The notes beneath the pieces were generated by a model. That model was not told where the DNA came from. It saw nothing but the letters and a program-made list of their open reading frames with translations, and did not search any database. Shown piece after piece: positions 9,200-19,752 of a stretch of 64,000 nucleotides of DNA. Numbering within the stretch: position 1 is the stretch's first letter; each line of letters begins with the position of its first letter. The translations under genes and the position numbers were made by a program. Source of the DNA: Vampirovibrionaceae bacterium NZW_1234 (lineage in GTDB: Bacteria > Cyanobacteriota > Vampirovibrionia > Vampirovibrionales > JAGQHJ01); contig JBGUGD010000007.1 of assembly GCA_041697335.1 (NCBI GenBank), positions 32,001 to 96,000 of the forward strand, given 5' to 3'.

Positions 9200-11140
9200 A
9201 TGACACTTGCCAGTTCGACGCAAAGTCGAATTCCGTTATGGGATCGGCGTGATGATATATTGTTGCAGAAGCCTCCTGTTCTTCCTCAGAGGTCTGCGCC
9301 ACAAGATATTTTTCCAGGTCTTGCACTGCCTGAATTTCGGATTCCCGAGATTAAAATTCCTGATGTTAGTATTCCCGAACGTTATGTCCGCCCTGTTCGT
9401 AACTTCGTTCGGGATGTTAGTGAAGGGGTTCGAGATGTGATTGAACTCCAGAAGACTGTTGAGCAAGTAGAGCGCCGTCGGATAGAACTACAGCAACAAA
9501 TTCGACAGGAAGAGCAGTCGCGACAAGAAGCAATGGAACGTGCCACACGTCGGGTGCAGCGGTATCTTGACCGTCATCCTAACGTGGTCAGTCCATGTGA
9601 GTCGCCGAGTCTGTTGATTGAAAGTAGCCCAGAGGCTCTAAGAGAGCGTTTTAGCGGACATCCTAAACTTTTGCAACGTCTTCTGGCTTTGCGTGAGCTT
9701 ACGAATTCTACGGCCAGTCAAGATCGGTTAGCGCGGTGGCAAGGGGAATTGGAAATTGCCAATTATGAATATGACTTTGCTCGAGAGCAGTTATCTGCTA
9801 GAACTAATCCGGGCCATAATACGGAAGCCCGTCGGAGTCGGATTAAAGAGCTACATGCTCAATATATACCAGTTCGCGAACAACTCCTTCGTACCGAGCG
9901 GACAATTGCTGAGTTAACACATCGCCAATCCCGGATTGAGCGTGAAAGAGCAAACTCTCAGCGTGAATATGAAACGGAACGACAACGTCTTCAAAAGCAG
10001 GCTGATGATCTCATCAATACACTTAGTTTTCCAGGAGAAAGCCCAGAGCGTGCTGCACAGTTACGAACAGAATATCGTGAGTATTTTCGGACTCACTCGA
10101 TTTCTGAAATTCGGATTGAAGGTGGAGATGTTGCACCGGATGTGGTTGATAGGGTTGCTGTGCCCTTTAAGCGAATAATGAGTCAATTGGAAAGTCTGGA
10201 ACGTGAGCGTAATGAAAACCGCTCATCTGTTGATAGAATGACTAGTGAAGTGAATCGAGACTTGGTTGCAGAGAGAACTCGCCGTACGGAGTTGATTTCC
10301 GAGGCTCGTAGATTATCACGAGAGCTTTCCATCTTGGAGCCACAGTTTCGTCTTGATTCACAGGACAGTCGACTGAGAAACCGTTGGCCTCAAAATACAC
10401 AGGTTCATGCCACGAGTAGTGGTTCTCAGTATTCAATTTTCTTTCCTGGTGATGAGGAGCCCAACAATTACTTTAATCAACTCACAAGAAATATGAGAAC
10501 AGCTAAAACTTTTGATGAAGCTATTCGGCAAACAGAGCGGACCATTCAATATTATCCAGGTAGTGCCCAAGTTCGCGGTCAAGGTGCACAAACTCCCATG
10601 TCTTCAACACCACCAGCAGATGGGGGGTGGGATACAAGGCAGAATCGTCCACGCCGTATTTTGATAGTCATGGGTGATGGTGCTGACATTGCTGAAAACA
10701 ATGAAGCAACGAGCCGTCAGATCATTGAAATGGCCCGTACTCGCTTTGGTGTTCCTGCAGAAAATATTCAAATCCTGAGACGTCCCACTCGGACTCACTT
10801 GACAGAAGCATTTGAAAATATGCGAGATTTTGCTACCAATAATGACAATGCCGAGTCTATGGTTCTCATGTTGGGACATGGTCGCTCCAATGGTTTGGAA
10901 GCCGGATTAACTGCCGAGAATGGTTACCAGCAAGGTGCAAACAACGGCTCGATAAGAATGCGTTCTCCACAGGGGCCAATGGCAGGATATACCTTACAAG
11001 AAAGCGAACTCAAAGAGTTATTTAATACCTACATGTCCGGTTTTCGTGTGAACCGATTAATTGTGGACTCCTGTTTCGCGGGTGATTTCCTTGCTCAAGC
11101 TCCGGGCCGTAGAGACTCCTTATCTGCCTCAGTAGCATAG
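9200..11140 (+). CDS. Coiled-coil protein with C-terminal caspase-like (clan CD) peptidase domain
   Basis: GGAGG RBS before ATG 9200; E/R/Q-rich helical N-terminal two-thirds; C-terminal hydrophobic strand-GHG (VLMLGHG, His 10877) and strand-DSC (LIVDSCFAG, Cys 11072). Confidence 0.7.
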   Translation: MTLASSTQSRIPLWDRRDDILLQKPPVLPQRSAPQDIFPGLALPEFRIPEIKIPDVSIPERYVRPVRNFVRDVSEGVRDVIELQKTVEQVERRRIELQQQIRQEEQSRQEAMERATRRVQRYLDRHPNVVSPCESPSLLIESSPEALRERFSGHPKLLQRLLALRELTNSTASQDRLARWQGELEIANYEYDFAREQLSARTNPGHNTEARRSRIKELHAQYIPVREQLLRTERTIAELTHRQSRIERERANSQREYETERQRLQKQADDLINTLSFPGESPERAAQLRTEYREYFRTHSISEIRIEGGDVAPDVVDRVAVPFKRIMSQLESLERERNENRSSVDRMTSEVNRDLVAERTRRTELISEARRLSRELSILEPQFRLDSQDSRLRNRWPQNTQVHATSSGSQYSIFFPGDEEPNNYFNQLTRNMRTAKTFDEAIRQTERTIQYYPGSAQVRGQGAQTPMSSTPPADGGWDTRQNRPRRILIVMGDGADIAENNEATSRQIIEMARTRFGVPAENIQILRRPTRTHLTEAFENMRDFATNNDNAESMVLMLGHGRSNGLEAGLTAENGYQQGANNGSIRMRSPQGPMAGYTLQESELKELFNTYMSGFRVNRLIVDSCFAGDFLAQAPGRRDSLSASVA

Positions 11141-11230
11141 AAATTTTATACTAGCCTTTTCGAGGTTAAATTTATCTTGTGATACGATAGAGACAACCTC
11201 AAGTCTTATCGTTGGTTGCGAGGCCATTGT

Positions 11231-11917
11231 ATGGACCCTTCATTTCCGATTGTGCGGATTGAACAGGTTTCAAAATATTACCCTGCTCATCAGGTGAAAG
11301 CGCTTCAGTCCATCTCGCTTCAGATTCAGGTGGGGGAACGGGTGGCCCTGGTGGGTTCTAGTGGTTCCGGGAAAACAACGTTATTAAACTTGATTGGCTT
11401 GATTGATACTTTTGATCAGGGTGAGATTTTTTTTGAGGAGAAGCCTCTGTCTTGCTTGTCAGAGGCCGAGCGCACGAATCTGCGACGGGCCCGTATTGGA
11501 TTCATATTTCAGTTTTTTAATCTATTACCAACATTGACTGTATTCGAAAATGTTGCATTACCCTTGCAGTTAAATGGTCTGCGTCAAAAAAAGCAGATTC
11601 AACTTCAAGTGAATGACATGTTGGCCCAAGTTGATCTGTCCGAGAGGGCCTCATTTTTTCCACATCAATTGTCAGGAGGGCAAATGCAGCGTGTTGCTAT
11701 TGCCCGAGCCTTGGTGCATAGGCCTGTCCTGGTTATTGCTGATGAACCGACCGGTAATTTGGACAGTGAAACCGGTCATGAAATCTTGGGGCTTCTGGAG
11801 CGCTCCTGCCAAGAGAATGGCCAAACCCTGGTAATGGCAACTCACAGTGCTGAAGCAACCCGGATCTGCAACCGACAGATCCGAATCCATGATGGCAAAC
11901 AGGCCCACAACCTATGA
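11231..11917 (+). CDS. ABC transporter ATP-binding protein (LolD/MacB-type)
   Basis: Walker [35 protein letters not shown]. Confidence 0.95.
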   Translation: MDPSFPIVRIEQVSKYYPAHQVKALQSISLQIQVGERVALVGSSGSGKTTLLNLIGLIDTFDQGEIFFEEKPLSCLSEAERTNLRRARIGFIFQFFNLLPTLTVFENVALPLQLNGLRQKKQIQLQVNDMLAQVDLSERASFFPHQLSGGQMQRVAIARALVHRPVLVIADEPTGNLDSETGHEILGLLERSCQENGQTLVMATHSAEATRICNRQIRIHDGKQAHNL

Positions 11918-14493
11918 GCTTCTTTTTAACTCAGGCCCTGGTGTTTCGAAATTTGGCCCAAAATCCGCTTCGGACCCTATTTACAGTGATGGGAATTGCG
12001 CTTGGGGTAGCTGTGTTTCTGGCCATTCAGCTTTTAAACCGATCGGCTCTGGCCGAGTTTGAAAAGAGCGTGACGTTTTTGAGTGGGGACAGTAATCTTG
12101 AAATTGTATCTGAGACGGGCCAGCTCTTTGATGAGCATATCTTATCGGGCTTAACCTGGCTTTGGCACGAAAACAGTCGATACACACCAGTTGTCTCTTT
12201 CGTGGCCGCACTTGTCTCCAAAGTTGAGCGTGATGAACCAGAATTAGTTGAGGTCCTGGGGCTTGATTTCATGCGGGATACGCCATTGGAAGGGTGGGAA
12301 TTTACGCAGGAAGGGACGCCCAAGGATTTTCTCGATATTTTTAAAGCCAATTGTGTTTATGTTTCTGAAGGGTTTGCCCGGGCTCATGGCATTCGGCTGG
12401 GCGATACGCTTCCCTTGCAGCTGACCGATAGCCAAGAGAATGTCAAGGTTTCGGGTATTTATCGGACAAACAGCGGGACGGCATCCATAGCTCAGAATTT
12501 AATCTTGGGTGATATCAGCGTTATTCAAGATCTGTTTCATCAGCCGGAGCGGATTAACCGTATTCAACTCACCGTACCATCTCATGAGGTATCTTTGTTT
12601 CAGAAACGATTACAAGCTCAGATGCACCCTGGTCTTGTGGTACAGACTCTGGCCGAACGCCAGAAGCAGCTTGAAAAAATGCTGGCATCTTTTCATATCA
12701 ATCTTCAGGCATTGAGTATGGTGTCTTTGTTGGTCGGCATGTTTCTGATTTACAACACAATGTCGATTTCAATTCTCCGCCGACGGGTGGAAATTGGAAC
12801 ACTTAGAACGTTAGGCTTAACCCGAGGGCAGATATTTCGGCTTTTCCTAACAGAAGCCTCGGTGTTGGGCATTATCGGTATGGCACTCGGTGTCGCACTT
12901 GGGGTTGGTCTGGCTCAGGGTGGGATGGCCGGTGTGTCAAAAACATTGCAGACCGTTTATGGTGCATCCCCACTCAGACAATTGGATCTGTCATGGGTTT
13001 TGTTGAGCATCTCGGGTCTTGTAGGCTTTCTAGTGACCCTCCTGGCCGCATTTCCGCCTATTTGGGAAGCGACTCAGGTTCAACCGGCTTTGGCCAGCAG
13101 ACCCTCTGAGGAAAGCACTCGGGCGCAAAAACGGGCTTGGCCATTATTGGGAGTGGGATTGCTTTTTTTGCTTCTTGCAGCCTGGGCCTGTACATGGCCA
13201 AGTGTTGATCGGATTCCTGTTGGCGGCTATGCGGCTGCCTTTTTATTAATGCTGGGCTTCGCCGCCATGACACCGTTTGTTGTGTTACAGACCGCACGAT
13301 TGATCAAATTTGTTGCTGAACAGATGAGCTTTTGGCGACTTCAGTTGGCGTTTGCCAATCTTCAACGTGCCTTGGCGAAGACCAGTGTTGCCGTCGCCAG
13401 CCTGATGGTCAGTGTTGCATTGGTGGTGAGTATTGCGACCATGGTGGGGAGTTTTCGCTCCACGGTTACGGATTGGGTGAACCAAACCCTGAAGGCCGAT
13501 TTGTTTATTGAACCCACCCTGCGAACCTATTCCCCATCTGCCCCCGGTCTTTCTCCAGAGATTGTGGCCTCGATCAAAAAATTGCCTGGGGTTGAAGCTG
13601 TGGATGATTTTGTGGAGAGACCGATCTCGTTTCGAGGTGAACCAACACGCTTGGGAGCCGGAAATTTTCAGGTACTTCAGCGTTACGGCAACCTTCGCTT
13701 TGTCGGTGGCCAATCCCACCAAAGTGTGTTTGAACGGGTGGTTTCTTCCCCTCACAATATTGTGGTGAGTGAAAGTTTTGCCACCCGTTTTAATATCCGG
13801 CCGGGGCAAATGCTCTCATTACCGACTCCCAGAGGACCATTACGTCTTGAAATTGGGGGTGTTTATTACGATTATGCCAGTGAGCTGGGTTATATCGTTA
13901 TGGATAAAGCCCTTTATCGACAGTATTTTAATGATGCCTCCAGCACCAGTATGGCTGTTTATCTGGCACACGGTGAAGAACCCGAACAATTACGCCAACG
14001 AATATTAAATACCATCGGTAAAACCGTTCCTCTGACCATTCGTCAAAACCGAGAATTGCGTCATGAGGTGCTTCGGATCTTCGACAACACCTTTGCCATT
14101 ACCAACGTTTTGTTGATTATTTCGATTGTCATTGCGGCACTATCCGTGGCCATTACCTTGTTCACCCTGGTGTTGGAATTGGAAGCCCATTTGACGTTGC
14201 TTCGGTATCTTGGGGCTCAAATCAACGATATCCGTCGCATTATTTTAATCCAGGCGGGTGTTTTTGGTGCTCTTGGAGGCACATTGGGAATTTTGAACGG
14301 GTACTTTCTATCGCTCATTCTGATCTTTATCATTAATAAGCAGGCCTTTGGATGGACTCTATTTTTTGAATGGTCCTGGGTCTTTATTATCAAGTTGTTT
14401 CTCGCCTTGCTGGTTGGTTCCGTTGCGGCTGGCTGGATCCCTGCTCAAAAGCAGGTGACCTTGTTGAAACCGGAGGTGCTTCGTCGTGCGTAA
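11914..14493 (+). CDS. ABC transporter permease, double FtsX/MacB-type (AttF/G-like)
   Basis: Two MacB-periplasmic/FtsX repeats (RTLFTVMGIALGVA; RRVEIGTLRTLG; INKQAFGW); ATGA overlap with the ATPase gene. Confidence 0.9.
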   Translation: MSFFLTQALVFRNLAQNPLRTLFTVMGIALGVAVFLAIQLLNRSALAEFEKSVTFLSGDSNLEIVSETGQLFDEHILSGLTWLWHENSRYTPVVSFVAALVSKVERDEPELVEVLGLDFMRDTPLEGWEFTQEGTPKDFLDIFKANCVYVSEGFARAHGIRLGDTLPLQLTDSQENVKVSGIYRTNSGTASIAQNLILGDISVIQDLFHQPERINRIQLTVPSHEVSLFQKRLQAQMHPGLVVQTLAERQKQLEKMLASFHINLQALSMVSLLVGMFLIYNTMSISILRRRVEIGTLRTLGLTRGQIFRLFLTEASVLGIIGMALGVALGVGLAQGGMAGVSKTLQTVYGASPLRQLDLSWVLLSISGLVGFLVTLLAAFPPIWEATQVQPALASRPSEESTRAQKRAWPLLGVGLLFLLLAAWACTWPSVDRIPVGGYAAAFLLMLGFAAMTPFVVLQTARLIKFVAEQMSFWRLQLAFANLQRALAKTSVAVASLMVSVALVVSIATMVGSFRSTVTDWVNQTLKADLFIEPTLRTYSPSAPGLSPEIVASIKKLPGVEAVDDFVERPISFRGEPTRLGAGNFQVLQRYGNLRFVGGQSHQSVFERVVSSPHNIVVSESFATRFNIRPGQMLSLPTPRGPLRLEIGGVYYDYASELGYIVMDKALYRQYFNDASSTSMAVYLAHGEEPEQLRQRILNTIGKTVPLTIRQNRELRHEVLRIFDNTFAITNVLLIISIVIAALSVAITLFTLVLELEAHLTLLRYLGAQINDIRRIILIQAGVFGALGGTLGILNGYFLSLILIFIINKQAFGWTLFFEWSWVFIIKLFLALLVGSVAAGWIPAQKQVTLLKPEVLRRA

Positions 14494-15595
14494 GCTTTAT
14501 CTGCTGTTCGGTGCCATCATCACATTGCTCTTGGTGAGCGGTATTTCAACGGCCGTATCTCAGTCGCCGTTTACTCTTGCGCTGCCCGGCTATCAATTTC
14601 ACTTTCCGAGGGACCACGCTTCTCACGATACTTTCAAAACCGAGTGGTGGTACTATACAGGGTATTTGAAAGCTGAGAATGGCCATCGGTACGGGTATGA
14701 ACTGACGTTTTTTCGCACCAACCCGGGCATCATCCATCTGCCGCAAAAGACCCGGTGGGCTCTTAAAAATGTCTATCTTACCCATTTTGCAATTACCGAT
14801 GAAACCGGCCGAAAATTCTTTCATCACCAGTTTCGCAACCGCCCTGGTTACCACGTGGCAGGAGCTGAAACAGCCCGCTATCACGTCTGGAATCAAAATG
14901 CTCAGGTCAGGCTTGTCGGGCAACATCATGAGCTCCAGGTCAATACGCCGGAGTTTGGATTGGCACTTCGTCTTGATCCGGCAAAACCCCCCGTCATTCA
15001 CGGACAAAATGGAGTTAGCCAGAAAGCTGGCTGTTATGGCTGTGCCTCTCATTATTATTCGATGACGCGCCTCAAGACTCAGGGAATCTTACGCCAGGGA
15101 AAGACTCCTGTGAGAGTGACCGGACTTTCCTGGATGGATCATGAGTTTGGTAGTAACCAGTTGGGTTCCGATCAAGTGGGTTGGGATTGGTTTAGCGTTC
15201 AGCTGGAAGACCAAACGGAGCTGATGCTTTACCAGCTTCGGTTGAAAAATGGGCAGATTGATCCTCATTCCAGCGGTACTTGGGTAGAGGCTTCAGGTAA
15301 GGCACATCACCTGGATCGTAAGGCGTTTCGGATCCGAGTGTTGGATCACTGGAAAAGTCCGGATACAGGTGGTCGCTACCCCAGTCTGTGGCAAGTGGAG
15401 ATTCCCAGTAAAAAGCTATCGCTTCGGATTACACCTACGTATTCTCGCCAGGAATTGGTGGCGCCAGAAAACTCCGGCTTAAGCTATTGGGAGGGGAGTT
15501 GTCGTGTCACAGGACATCTGTCAGAAAAACCCATAATGGGCCGGGCGTATGTTGAAATGACCGGGTACGCAGAGCGGTTTCGCCAAAAGATCTGA
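14486..15595 (+). CDS. Lipocalin-like AttH / CrtC-family secreted protein
   Basis: Signal peptide; FPRDH, TEWWYYTG, SHYYS, WMDHEF, GWDWFS, YWEG, YVEMTGY motifs; overlaps the permease stop. Confidence 0.9.
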   Translation: MRKLYLLFGAIITLLLVSGISTAVSQSPFTLALPGYQFHFPRDHASHDTFKTEWWYYTGYLKAENGHRYGYELTFFRTNPGIIHLPQKTRWALKNVYLTHFAITDETGRKFFHHQFRNRPGYHVAGAETARYHVWNQNAQVRLVGQHHELQVNTPEFGLALRLDPAKPPVIHGQNGVSQKAGCYGCASHYYSMTRLKTQGILRQGKTPVRVTGLSWMDHEFGSNQLGSDQVGWDWFSVQLEDQTELMLYQLRLKNGQIDPHSSGTWVEASGKAHHLDRKAFRIRVLDHWKSPDTGGRYPSLWQVEIPSKKLSLRITPTYSRQELVAPENSGLSYWEGSCRVTGHLSEKPIMGRAYVEMTGYAERFRQKI

Positions 15596-15783
15596 AGTCG
15601 TGGAGTGGCAATACTTTAAAATACCGTTCTCAAGCGTAATCTAAAATTAGCCCGGTCTTTTTAGTTACTCAGGTAAGGAGAAGTCTTTTTGATGCTCCTA
15701 GAATGAGGCCAGTGATGATGTGATTCGCGCGCCTGGCTGAGAATGATGGGTTGCGCTCGACCTGAGAAATAAGGAGAACAGGT

Positions 15784-17001
15784 ATGAAAGCGGTTGTTTG
15801 GCATGGTGTTGGTGATATTCGTTTGGATGAGGTGGCAGAACCTCAAATTGAAGAACCCACCGATGCAATTGTACGGTTAACTGCCAGTGCCATTTGTGGC
15901 ACGGATCTTCATATGATTCGAGGTACTGTCCCAGGAATGCAGCCTGGCCGTATATTAGGGCATGAAGGGGTTGGCATTATCGAAGCCCTGGGGCCGGATG
16001 TCCGCAATTTTCGTGTCGGTGATCGGGTTGTCATTCCCAGTACTATTGCATGTGGTAACTGTGTCTACTGTCGTGACGGGTATTATTCACAGTGTGATCA
16101 GGCTAATCCCAAAGGACCCGCAACGGCCTTTTTTGGAGGGCCTGAGGCTTTTGGAGGCTTTAACGGCTTGCAAGCCGAGAAGGCCAGGGTGCCTTTTGCC
16201 CATGTGAATTTGATTAAGCTCCCCAACGAAATTATTGATGAGCAAGCCATTCTGTTATCGGATATTTTTCCGACAGGTTATTTTGGAGCCGACCTTGCAG
16301 ATATCGAACCTGGCCATACGGTGGCTGTGTTCGGTTGTGGCCCGGTAGGTTTATTTACCATTGTCAGTGCCAAGCTGATGGGGGCAGGTCGGGTGTTAGC
16401 CGTGGATAACATCCCATCTCGCCTAGATAAAGCTCGTGAGCTTGGTGCAGAGGTCATTAACTTTGATGAGGAAGATCCGGTTGAAACCATCAAGCGCTTG
16501 ACCGGCGGGATTGGTGTAGACAGGGCGATTGATGCTGTTGGTGTGGATGCCAACTGTCCTCACCATGGGCCTGGTGTGGAGATGGCGAAACAGCAGGCAC
16601 AGGTGTTTGAGCAAGAGCGCCAGCAACTTGCCCCGGAACAGAATCCCAAAGACGGGAATTGGGAGGTAGGAGACGCTCCCTCTCAGGCTTTGATATGGGC
16701 GGTTGACGCATTGGCCAAGGCAGGTACGCTTTCCATTATTGGTGTTTATCCGCCCAATGCAGAACATTTCCCCATTGGTCGGGCGATGAACAAGAATTTG
16801 ACCATTCGGATGGGAAATTGCAATCACAAAAAGTACATTCCTGAGCTCATTGATCTGGTTCAGGCGGGTGCCCTCGATCCCCTCACCGTGTTAACGGAGG
16901 TTAAGCCGATGAGCGATGCTCTGGACGCGTATAAAGCCTTTGATCGGCGGGAAGCAGGCTGGATTAAAGTAGAGTTGGAGCCTGCTGCCGCTTCCAGCTG
17001 A
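15784..17001 (+). CDS. Zn-dependent alcohol/formaldehyde dehydrogenase (MDR family)
   Basis: ICGTDLH, GHE, structural Zn CGNCVYC...C, LSDIFPTG, GCGPVG; AAGGAG RBS. Confidence 0.93.
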   Translation: MKAVVWHGVGDIRLDEVAEPQIEEPTDAIVRLTASAICGTDLHMIRGTVPGMQPGRILGHEGVGIIEALGPDVRNFRVGDRVVIPSTIACGNCVYCRDGYYSQCDQANPKGPATAFFGGPEAFGGFNGLQAEKARVPFAHVNLIKLPNEIIDEQAILLSDIFPTGYFGADLADIEPGHTVAVFGCGPVGLFTIVSAKLMGAGRVLAVDNIPSRLDKARELGAEVINFDEEDPVETIKRLTGGIGVDRAIDAVGVDANCPHHGPGVEMAKQQAQVFEQERQQLAPEQNPKDGNWEVGDAPSQALIWAVDALAKAGTLSIIGVYPPNAEHFPIGRAMNKNLTIRMGNCNHKKYIPELIDLVQAGALDPLTVLTEVKPMSDALDAYKAFDRREAGWIKVELEPAAASS

Positions 17002-17014
17002 GGCATTCTTTGTT

Positions 17015-17752
17015 TCATTTGGATTGGCTTGCATCAACCTGGATAAAATGGCTGGCAATGGCGGCTGTGATATAGCCGAAGACGGCAAAGGCATACACGG
17101 CTAACAACCAGCCCAAGATGCGTCCTTCTACTGTTTTGGGCCAATAATCAGAGCCCATGGTTGTCATCGTCATCGCAGTCCACCAGAGGGCATCTCCATA
17201 GTTCTTGAGACCTGTTCCCAGGGGATAACCTGCTTTATGCACGGCCTCCAGGTTTTCAAAGTGAACCATGCCCGCAGCACCGGACAAGGTGATGGCCAGG
17301 GTCAGTACAAGGACATACATCACACCCCGTCGTTTCCAGGTTCTATGGAGTGCCTGAATACTGCGACGGGTTGATGTGAGCCATCGCAATAAATTAAGGG
17401 AGCGGCTAAACCTTGCGATGTTGATTACTTTTAATGCCGGTACGACTCGAACGATTCGAAAGGCAGGTAGGAGAATGGATAGCGCAGTTAGCCAGTGGTG
17501 TCGGACATAGTCTATACGTTTGGGGGCAATCAGAAGTTCTACTAAAAAGTCGAGAATAAAGATGACCCAGATTCCATAGCCAAGCCATTCCAAAGGGCGA
17601 TTTAGTCCATGGACCAGATCCAGGATGAGTAGACCGAGCCATAGAAAAGAGAGAGCAATCATGATGGGCTGAGTGAGTTTATGAATCTCCGATAATAAGG
17701 CCCATCGTTCTTGCTGATTTATGTGAGCGTGTTTTGAGTTGTTCTTGTGCAT
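17015..17752 (-). CDS. Ion transporter / voltage-gated-like cation channel with non-canonical filter
   Basis: Six hydrophobic segments, Arg-rich S4-like stretch (FRIVRVV..LK..NIARFSR), pore helix DALWWTAMTMTTMGSDYWPKT. Confidence 0.85.
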   Translation of the reverse strand: MHKNNSKHAHINQQERWALLSEIHKLTQPIMIALSFLWLGLLILDLVHGLNRPLEWLGYGIWVIFILDFLVELLIAPKRIDYVRHHWLTALSILLPAFRIVRVVPALKVINIARFSRSLNLLRWLTSTRRSIQALHRTWKRRGVMYVLVLTLAITLSGAAGMVHFENLEAVHKAGYPLGTGLKNYGDALWWTAMTMTTMGSDYWPKTVEGRILGWLLAVYAFAVFGYITAAIASHFIQVDASQSK

Positions 17753-17773
17753 AGTGAGTTAGAAAAGGATACC

Positions 17774-19543
17774 CTATTGGGTTTTGGCCATCTGTTGCAT
17801 ACTATTGCGGATAACCGCTAGCGCATCGGGGTCTCCTTTCATTAACGCAGAAGCATAATTTTTCGCTTGATCAAAGGTGATATGCGGTGGTAGAGGTGGC
17901 ATTTCTGCTGTGGTGTAGGCTTCGATTAGGACCGGCCGATCACTGTGTAAGGCTTCAATCCAGCCAGGCTCCACCTCGTCAGAATGCTCTATGCGAATGC
18001 CTTTAAAACCCAACGACTCAGCATAATGAGCATAGGGGAAATCCGGTAAGTTCTGGGAACAGTTGAATTTCGGATCGCCTTCGCTGGCCCGCATTTCCCA
18101 CGTCACAAAGTTAAGCTCCCTGTTATTCAGGACCACGATAATAAACTGGGGTGATTCCCATTGTTCCCAGTAGCGCTGCAGCGTTATCAGCTCATTGAGC
18201 CCGTTCATTTGCATGGCGCCGTCTCCTACCAGAGCGATGACGGGTCGGTTGGGATAGGCAAATTTTGCAGCCAAGGCATAGGGCATGGCAGCCCCCATGG
18301 AGGCCAGCCTTCCCGACAATGTTGCCATCATTCCGCGTTTGAAGCGATGGTACTGGGCGTACCACACGGTCGTGGTACCGGTGTCGATGGCCAACATGGC
18401 ATTCGAGGGGATGCTTCGAAATATCTCGTAATACAGGCGTTGCGGGTTGAGGGGGCGTGTCTCAATCATAGCTCGATCATGCAATACGGTTTGCCAGGTT
18501 TGAATCGATTCGATGAGTTGTTGCTGCCATTGTCGGTCGGTTTTTTCCGCTAATAGGGGCAGTAGTGCTTTCAGGGTTTCTTTACAGTTGCCGGCCAGAT
18601 TCACTTCCATGGGATAGCGCTTGCTGAGGTTTCGGGCACGAATATCTACCTGAACTCCACGGGCTTGCCCTTCTTTGGGCAAAAATTCCGTATAAGGAAA
18701 GTCTGTTCCCAACATCAGAAGCGTATCGCAGCCTGTCATCAATTCCCAAGAGGGCTTTGTACCCAGTAACCCAATGGAGCCGGTTACAAACGGGACATCC
18801 TCGGGAAGGACGGATAAGCCCATTAAAGCTTTGGCCACGCCGGCGCCTAAGCGATCGGCGACAGCAATAATTTCATCCGTTGCGTCCTGGGCACCAGCCC
18901 CAACCAGGATGGCTACCTTTTGGCCCGCATTTAACACATCGGCAGCACGTTGCAAGTCCGAAGCCATGGGGAGGATTCGGGGGACAGCATAAGCAATGCC
19001 ACTGTGAGTATAGCCATGTTTGTGCGGGATGTCCGGTTGGGCATCCAGGTTTTGGACGTCATGAGGCAGGATTATTCCGGCAACGGTTCGTTCGCTGAGT
19101 GCGATCCGGATAGCTTGATCTACAAGCTGGCGAGCTTGTTCGGGCGAGCTCAGCGTTTGAAGATAGGCACCGGCTACATCTTTAAACGCAGCATGTAGAT
19201 CGACTTCCTGCTGATAATCACTGCCCATAGCATGCCGTGGGAGTTGCCCTAGAAGGGCCAGAACCGGTTGATTGTCCAGCTTGGCATCATAGAGGCCGTT
19301 GAGCAAGTGGATGGCGCCAGGGCCTGCCGAGGCACAACATACCCCCAGCCCTCCGGTGTATTTGGCATGGGCTGAGGCCATGAATGCCGCCATTTCCTCA
19401 TGACGTACCTGAATAAACTCAACGTGATCTTGGGCTCGCCGTAAGGCCCCCATAAACGGATTAATTGAATCTCCCGTATACCCAAATATCCGTCTTACTC
19501 CCCATTCTTGAAGCCGTTGTAACAGATAGTCGCTCACAATCAT
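17774..19543 (-). CDS. Thiamine diphosphate-requiring enzyme (pyruvate oxidase/dehydrogenase-like)
   Basis: GYTGDSIN, VRHEEMAA, AGPGAIHLLNGLYDA, GDGAMQM...NN ThDP motif; start taken at MIVSDY with a GAGG RBS. Confidence 0.92.
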   Translation of the reverse strand: MIVSDYLLQRLQEWGVRRIFGYTGDSINPFMGALRRAQDHVEFIQVRHEEMAAFMASAHAKYTGGLGVCCASAGPGAIHLLNGLYDAKLDNQPVLALLGQLPRHAMGSDYQQEVDLHAAFKDVAGAYLQTLSSPEQARQLVDQAIRIALSERTVAGIILPHDVQNLDAQPDIPHKHGYTHSGIAYAVPRILPMASDLQRAADVLNAGQKVAILVGAGAQDATDEIIAVADRLGAGVAKALMGLSVLPEDVPFVTGSIGLLGTKPSWELMTGCDTLLMLGTDFPYTEFLPKEGQARGVQVDIRARNLSKRYPMEVNLAGNCKETLKALLPLLAEKTDRQWQQQLIESIQTWQTVLHDRAMIETRPLNPQRLYYEIFRSIPSNAMLAIDTGTTTVWYAQYHRFKRGMMATLSGRLASMGAAMPYALAAKFAYPNRPVIALVGDGAMQMNGLNELITLQRYWEQWESPQFIIVVLNNRELNFVTWEMRASEGDPKFNCSQNLPDFPYAHYAESLGFKGIRIEHSDEVEPGWIEALHSDRPVLIEAYTTAEMPPLPPHITFDQAKNYASALMKGDPDALAVIRNSMQQMAKTQ

Positions 19544-19752
19544 CGCTGTTTCCTCTGGTGTTTTGGTTTTATGCAGAAGCAGCGTATCACCTGAACCCGA
19601 TTTTGCCATTCACTATCTCGATAAGACTTGATTTGGAACTTGGGTTGACCGTGTTTAATTGCCTGGTTGATTGATTTGCTAGGGACAGAGTCGGACTAAG
19701 ATGCCTCAACACAAATTTATTGGTGTTATCGAAGGAGACTGAGAGGATTCGT

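Noticed and set aside
14486..15595. Carotenoid biosynthesis (CrtC hydratase)
   Set aside because: No crt genes nearby; the context is the known AttEFGH-like ABC-lipocalin operon.
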